The position numbers and the translations under genes were made by a program. Shown one piece after another: positions 60,295 through 64,000 of a DNA stretch of 64,000 nt. The notes under the pieces were generated by a model. It had not been told where the DNA came from and made no database searches. It was given only the letters and a program-made list of their open reading frames with translations. Position 1 is the first letter of the stretch. Each line of letters opens with the position of its first letter. Source of the DNA: Sphaerodactylus townsendi (lineage: Eukaryota); NCBI RefSeq assembly GCF_021028975.2, contig NC_059426.1, forward strand, positions 66,340,001 through 66,404,000, read 5' to 3'.

Positions 60295-60571
60295 CAAGTA
60301 AAGTTTCCCCTTCAGTCGTTTCTGACCCTGGGGTACCACTGCAAGCAGTGATTTTATAGGCAAGCCTCTTTTGTGGGGTAGTTTGCCATTGCTTTCCCCA
60401 GCTATTCTTCACCCGCTAGCTACGAGCCAGGTACTCATTTACAGACCAAGAATGGATGGATGGCTGAGTTGACCATGGGCCAGCTGCCACGATATCTGAC
60501 CCACAGGGGGCTCAAACTCCTGATCGTGTGAGTGGCAGTGCAAGCACCTAACCACTACACCACATGGCTCC
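60295..60571. mobile_element. Sauria-type SINE
   Basis: Motifs GTTTGCCATTGCTTTCCCCAG and GGTACTCATTT...GGATGGATGGCTGAGTTGACC as in squamate SINEs, followed by (TA)n. Confidence 0.6.
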
Positions 60572-61502
60572 TAAAATATATATATATATATACAAGTACC
60601 CAGGAGCAAAAAAGAGACCCCCATTGCCTTTCCCCTGCATCATCATGTCTCTTACCAGGCCCGTATACTCTTTACTCAAATCACCTTTTTATCAACAAAC
60701 ATTGCTCGTTCATTGCTCATCCCGCCTGCTGGAGAAGAAATGAAGATGAGTTCTGACTGAGTTTTGATATAAGCTTTGGAGACATACTATTAGTAAAGAG
60801 TTCATGGCACTTCATGACTCATTGCTGTCTGTGACAACAAATGGTTTCTCCCTTAAAACAACACACATAAGGCACAACTTCTGCGCCTAATACTGATGGA
60901 TAGGTGACCTTCCCAGAGCCTGATGGCCCTCACTTCATAGGTGGTGCCACCTAAAACTCCCTGGGTTGGTATTGACTGCAGGTGTTGACTAAGCCTTATT
61001 TCCCATCCTAGTTCGAAGCTAAACCAATAATGCTAGCAGTATTATACAAGAAACAAAAGTTTGCTTGTTTTCTATGGCTAAGGGGGATGCCACTTCCGTT
61101 CACTTGCTACAAAAGCTGCACAGTCAGGCCAAAACCACCCAAGGTGAAAGGATACTTATCCTGACCATGTATGGTTGGATAGCGTAATTGCTTAACCCAT
61201 CAAGTCTGATCTAGAGAAGCTCTGTATATATAACTAGTCCAACTCTGGTTCCAGTTTTGCTTAGTCATGCTTTCTACCTCTCTGCACAGTGGGATTGCTT
61301 ACTGACCAAGCTGAGTTAATGGCTAACTGGCCTAGCAAATGTTTCCTGGAAGGGCCAAAGGTGGAAGTTCAGATCCAAATGGTCAATGAGGGGAGAAGGC
61401 TACAGGAGGGGAGGAGCTTTAGAAATTCTTCATTGCTAGGCTACGTTCCAGACAGTAAGTAGCACTGAACAACGAAAAAAACCCAGCACGCATGAGGCCA
61501 AC

Positions 61503-63850
61503 ATGACTTCCCAAAGCATCCTCCCCTGCACTTACACCGGACCCAACTCTCCTCCCTGGCCCCTGACTTTCCTGTTGGCCTTACAGGTAAGCTACCTTCT
61601 TGGGGGATGGCACAATAGCTGAGACAAATTCTTCCCTTCTGAGAGACCTAAAGGGCAGTAATGTAAAGATAAACAGTTCTGGTGGTGTGGCACATGTGAT
61701 TCAGGGACATTGTTCCTGAGTCTTGTCTGATAAGCAGTCTTGATCTGCTGGTAACAAGCCAAGGTTATAGATTATCAGTGGAGCGAGGATAGTTGCATGT
61801 TGAAACTGAGGAACTGTACTTTAATGTGTTTTGCTGGGGATGGGAAAAGAGTGAAGCTGTGGGTCTGCCTGAGAGGCAAGAGAGTTGAGGCTTCTTGTGG
61901 ACAGAAGCCCCAACACAGCATGGGTGTTGGGACTTCTGTTCCTATATCAGGCTGTTGTTCAGGAAGAGGGCTAAGTATCATCAAGCCTGGTGTGTAGGGC
62001 CATCTTCTAATCTAGGCAGAGATCTAGGCATATCTAGGGAGTGCATGCTTTTAAGACTAGAGCTCATTCCACCTTATTGCTCCTTCCCAGCATCTCCTGG
62101 TCCAGGCGTCCTTTCTCTGCATCTTTCACTTGTTCTTCCTCGCCACACTCCCTCCCAATAAGCTGGATGGCTTTCAGTGTTGGAATGAACTTCTGGCACG
62201 CAACTTCTTTGCCTGTGGCATCTCTACAGTTTTACAATGTGGACTTGGTACTGGGTAAGATGACTTTGGCCATCCTGGATCCATCAAAATCCCACAATCC
62301 TTGTCTGGAGGTTCTTATTAATTGGCAAGGGAGATCATTCAAATAACTTCATATTCTTATGAGCTGAGCAGAGTGAGGATGGGATGTTTTGGGTTCTGGG
62401 AAATGCCTATATTTGTTTGGCTTCTGGCTAATAATTCTCAAGATTTCTTAATATTTCCCCAAGAATCCTCTAGTGGCATGGTCTCTCTGTTGTCATCCGT
62501 GCAGGTTGCCATTGGTTCAAGCCCCATCTTTTGAGTTCCTTATACCAGCCATGGTACTGACCCAACATACATCTCCCATTCGTCAGTCAAAAGGAAACAG
62601 TAAGTTAACGGTAACAACAAGTTAAGAATTGTTAAAGTTGTTGATGCCTGTTTGAGTTTTGGATTTAGCAGTGATTTATATCACACGGAAGAAACAGTGT
62701 GATCACTGTTTACTTCCAAGACGAATTAACTTCTAACTTTTTGCCTTTTATGTTGCCCCAAAATAAGTGCAACTACTTCAAGGATCAGGTTAAGGTGCAC
62801 AACAATTGCTTTACTGGTTCAATACAATGTTATGTGTAGTTCAGCATACTAATTTCCACAGCAGCCAACCATGGGCCTCTGGAGAACTGAAAGCAATAGA
62901 TATCTGTTATTTTCTACTCCCAATATATGAGAAAAAAACACTTCTTTTTATTCTCCTTTCCTGATCTTTCCATACTTCTCTGCCTCCCTTAGTTTTTTTA
63001 AACACAAGTAATCTATAGGATGAAACTAGCATGTGCCACATGTGATTGGTTTTAACTCTTCCCTGGCAGCTCATGTGCAGGCTTGGATCCTCTGCTTTTA
63101 TTTTCTCCTCCATATCTTTTTTGGGAACCCTGACAGCTTCATATGGCTGCATCCCATCCTACTGTTCTATAGATCCTTTTCTCAACATTTGTGATCTCAA
63201 GGTTAGCCTGATGCTTAGGTTCCTCCTCCATTCTTTATTGCTCCCTTTATTTCCATTTTTCTCCAATTCATATATGTCTGTTCTTCTCTCTCTCCCAGGT
63301 ACTGAGGCCCCTAATGAATATTCCAGCCCAAATTCTGAAAATGCAAGAAACTGGGATTGGTTACTCCGTGAGGTTTGTAGCTATGATGGAGACACTTTAG
63401 GAAGAAGGAAAACACCAGGGAGACATAAAGCCTTGGGGTCCTTTTGAGAATGAGGCAACAACTTATACTGCTGCCACCATACAGTAGGGATGTGGAAATT
63501 GCTGGTCTCTTACCTTACTTACTAAGGCCTACTTAGTATGTTCCAGTTTATCACTGCTTCCCCTCCATTTGTCTTGCTAACTTAAAAGCAAAGGCGGCAG
63601 AGCTAGCAGCCCTTGGAAGCAAATAATAGGGTTTATAATTTCATCCTTGTCCATTTCTTTTCCCCTAGGTCTCTGGTGCAGTGTTGGTCTCAGCTGTGGT
63701 GCAAATAGCATTTGGAGCATCAGGTGCCTGCGGCTGGATTGCCAAGCATTGCAGGCCAATGGTCCTGGCTCCAAGCCTCTCTGTCATTGGACTTTCAGCA
63801 TACAGGCCTGCTGCTCTTCTCTGCTCTGAAAACTGGGGGGTAGCCATGCT
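61503..63850 (+). CDS. SLC23A3: Solute carrier family 23 member 3 (nucleobase-ascorbate transporter family), 3'-partial, first 5 coding exons
   Basis: Exons 61503-61586 (PPWPLTFLLALQ), 62091-62254 (FFACGISTVLQ), 62505-62599 (LPLVQAPSFEFLIPA), 63299-63372, 63669-63850 (VSGAVLVS...CRPMVLAPSLSVIGLSAY). Phases are consistent. SLC23A3 also neighbours CNPPD1 in human. The start codon is less certain than the internal exons. Confidence 0.9.
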
Positions 63851-64000
63851 GTATGTTCCTCAAAGCTCTCACTACTAGCTCTCTTTAAAACATCCTCCAA
63901 GAGAACAGTCATTTCCTAGCATCTCCTTGCAAGGGCACTGCAGGGAGTGGAATGTGAGCACAGATAGAGTGAAGGACTCCAGCTTTTCTATTCCCTGATT

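Overview
Vertebrate nuclear DNA, not microbial. The repeat content (squamate-type SINEs, Penelope hairpins, hAT MITEs) points to a lizard, probably a gecko. Four spliced genes can be rebuilt from GT-AG boundaries with consistent phases: STK36 (+, 25 coding exons; first coding exon lies left of the window), RETREG2/FAM134A (-, complete, 9 exons), CNPPD1 (+, complete, 8 coding exons) and the first 5 exons of SLC23A3 (+). The main finding lies between the divergent RETREG2 and CNPPD1 promoters: a 3.3-kb TIR-bounded hAT transposon (46297-49581) carrying a GC-rich promoter-like region and an ETNK1-like first coding exon. That exon has a strong Kozak ATG and a phase-0 splice donor, and it joins in frame to a phase-0 acceptor directly in front of the transposase, predicting an ETNK1-exon1::transposase chimera inside a mobile unit. 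Also noted: Penelope-derived fold-backs with minimal hammerhead ribozyme cores, several hAT MITEs with 8-bp TSDs, and a gene order implying an inversion relative to human 2q35. Gene and repeat-family names come from recognising the sequences, not from a database search.
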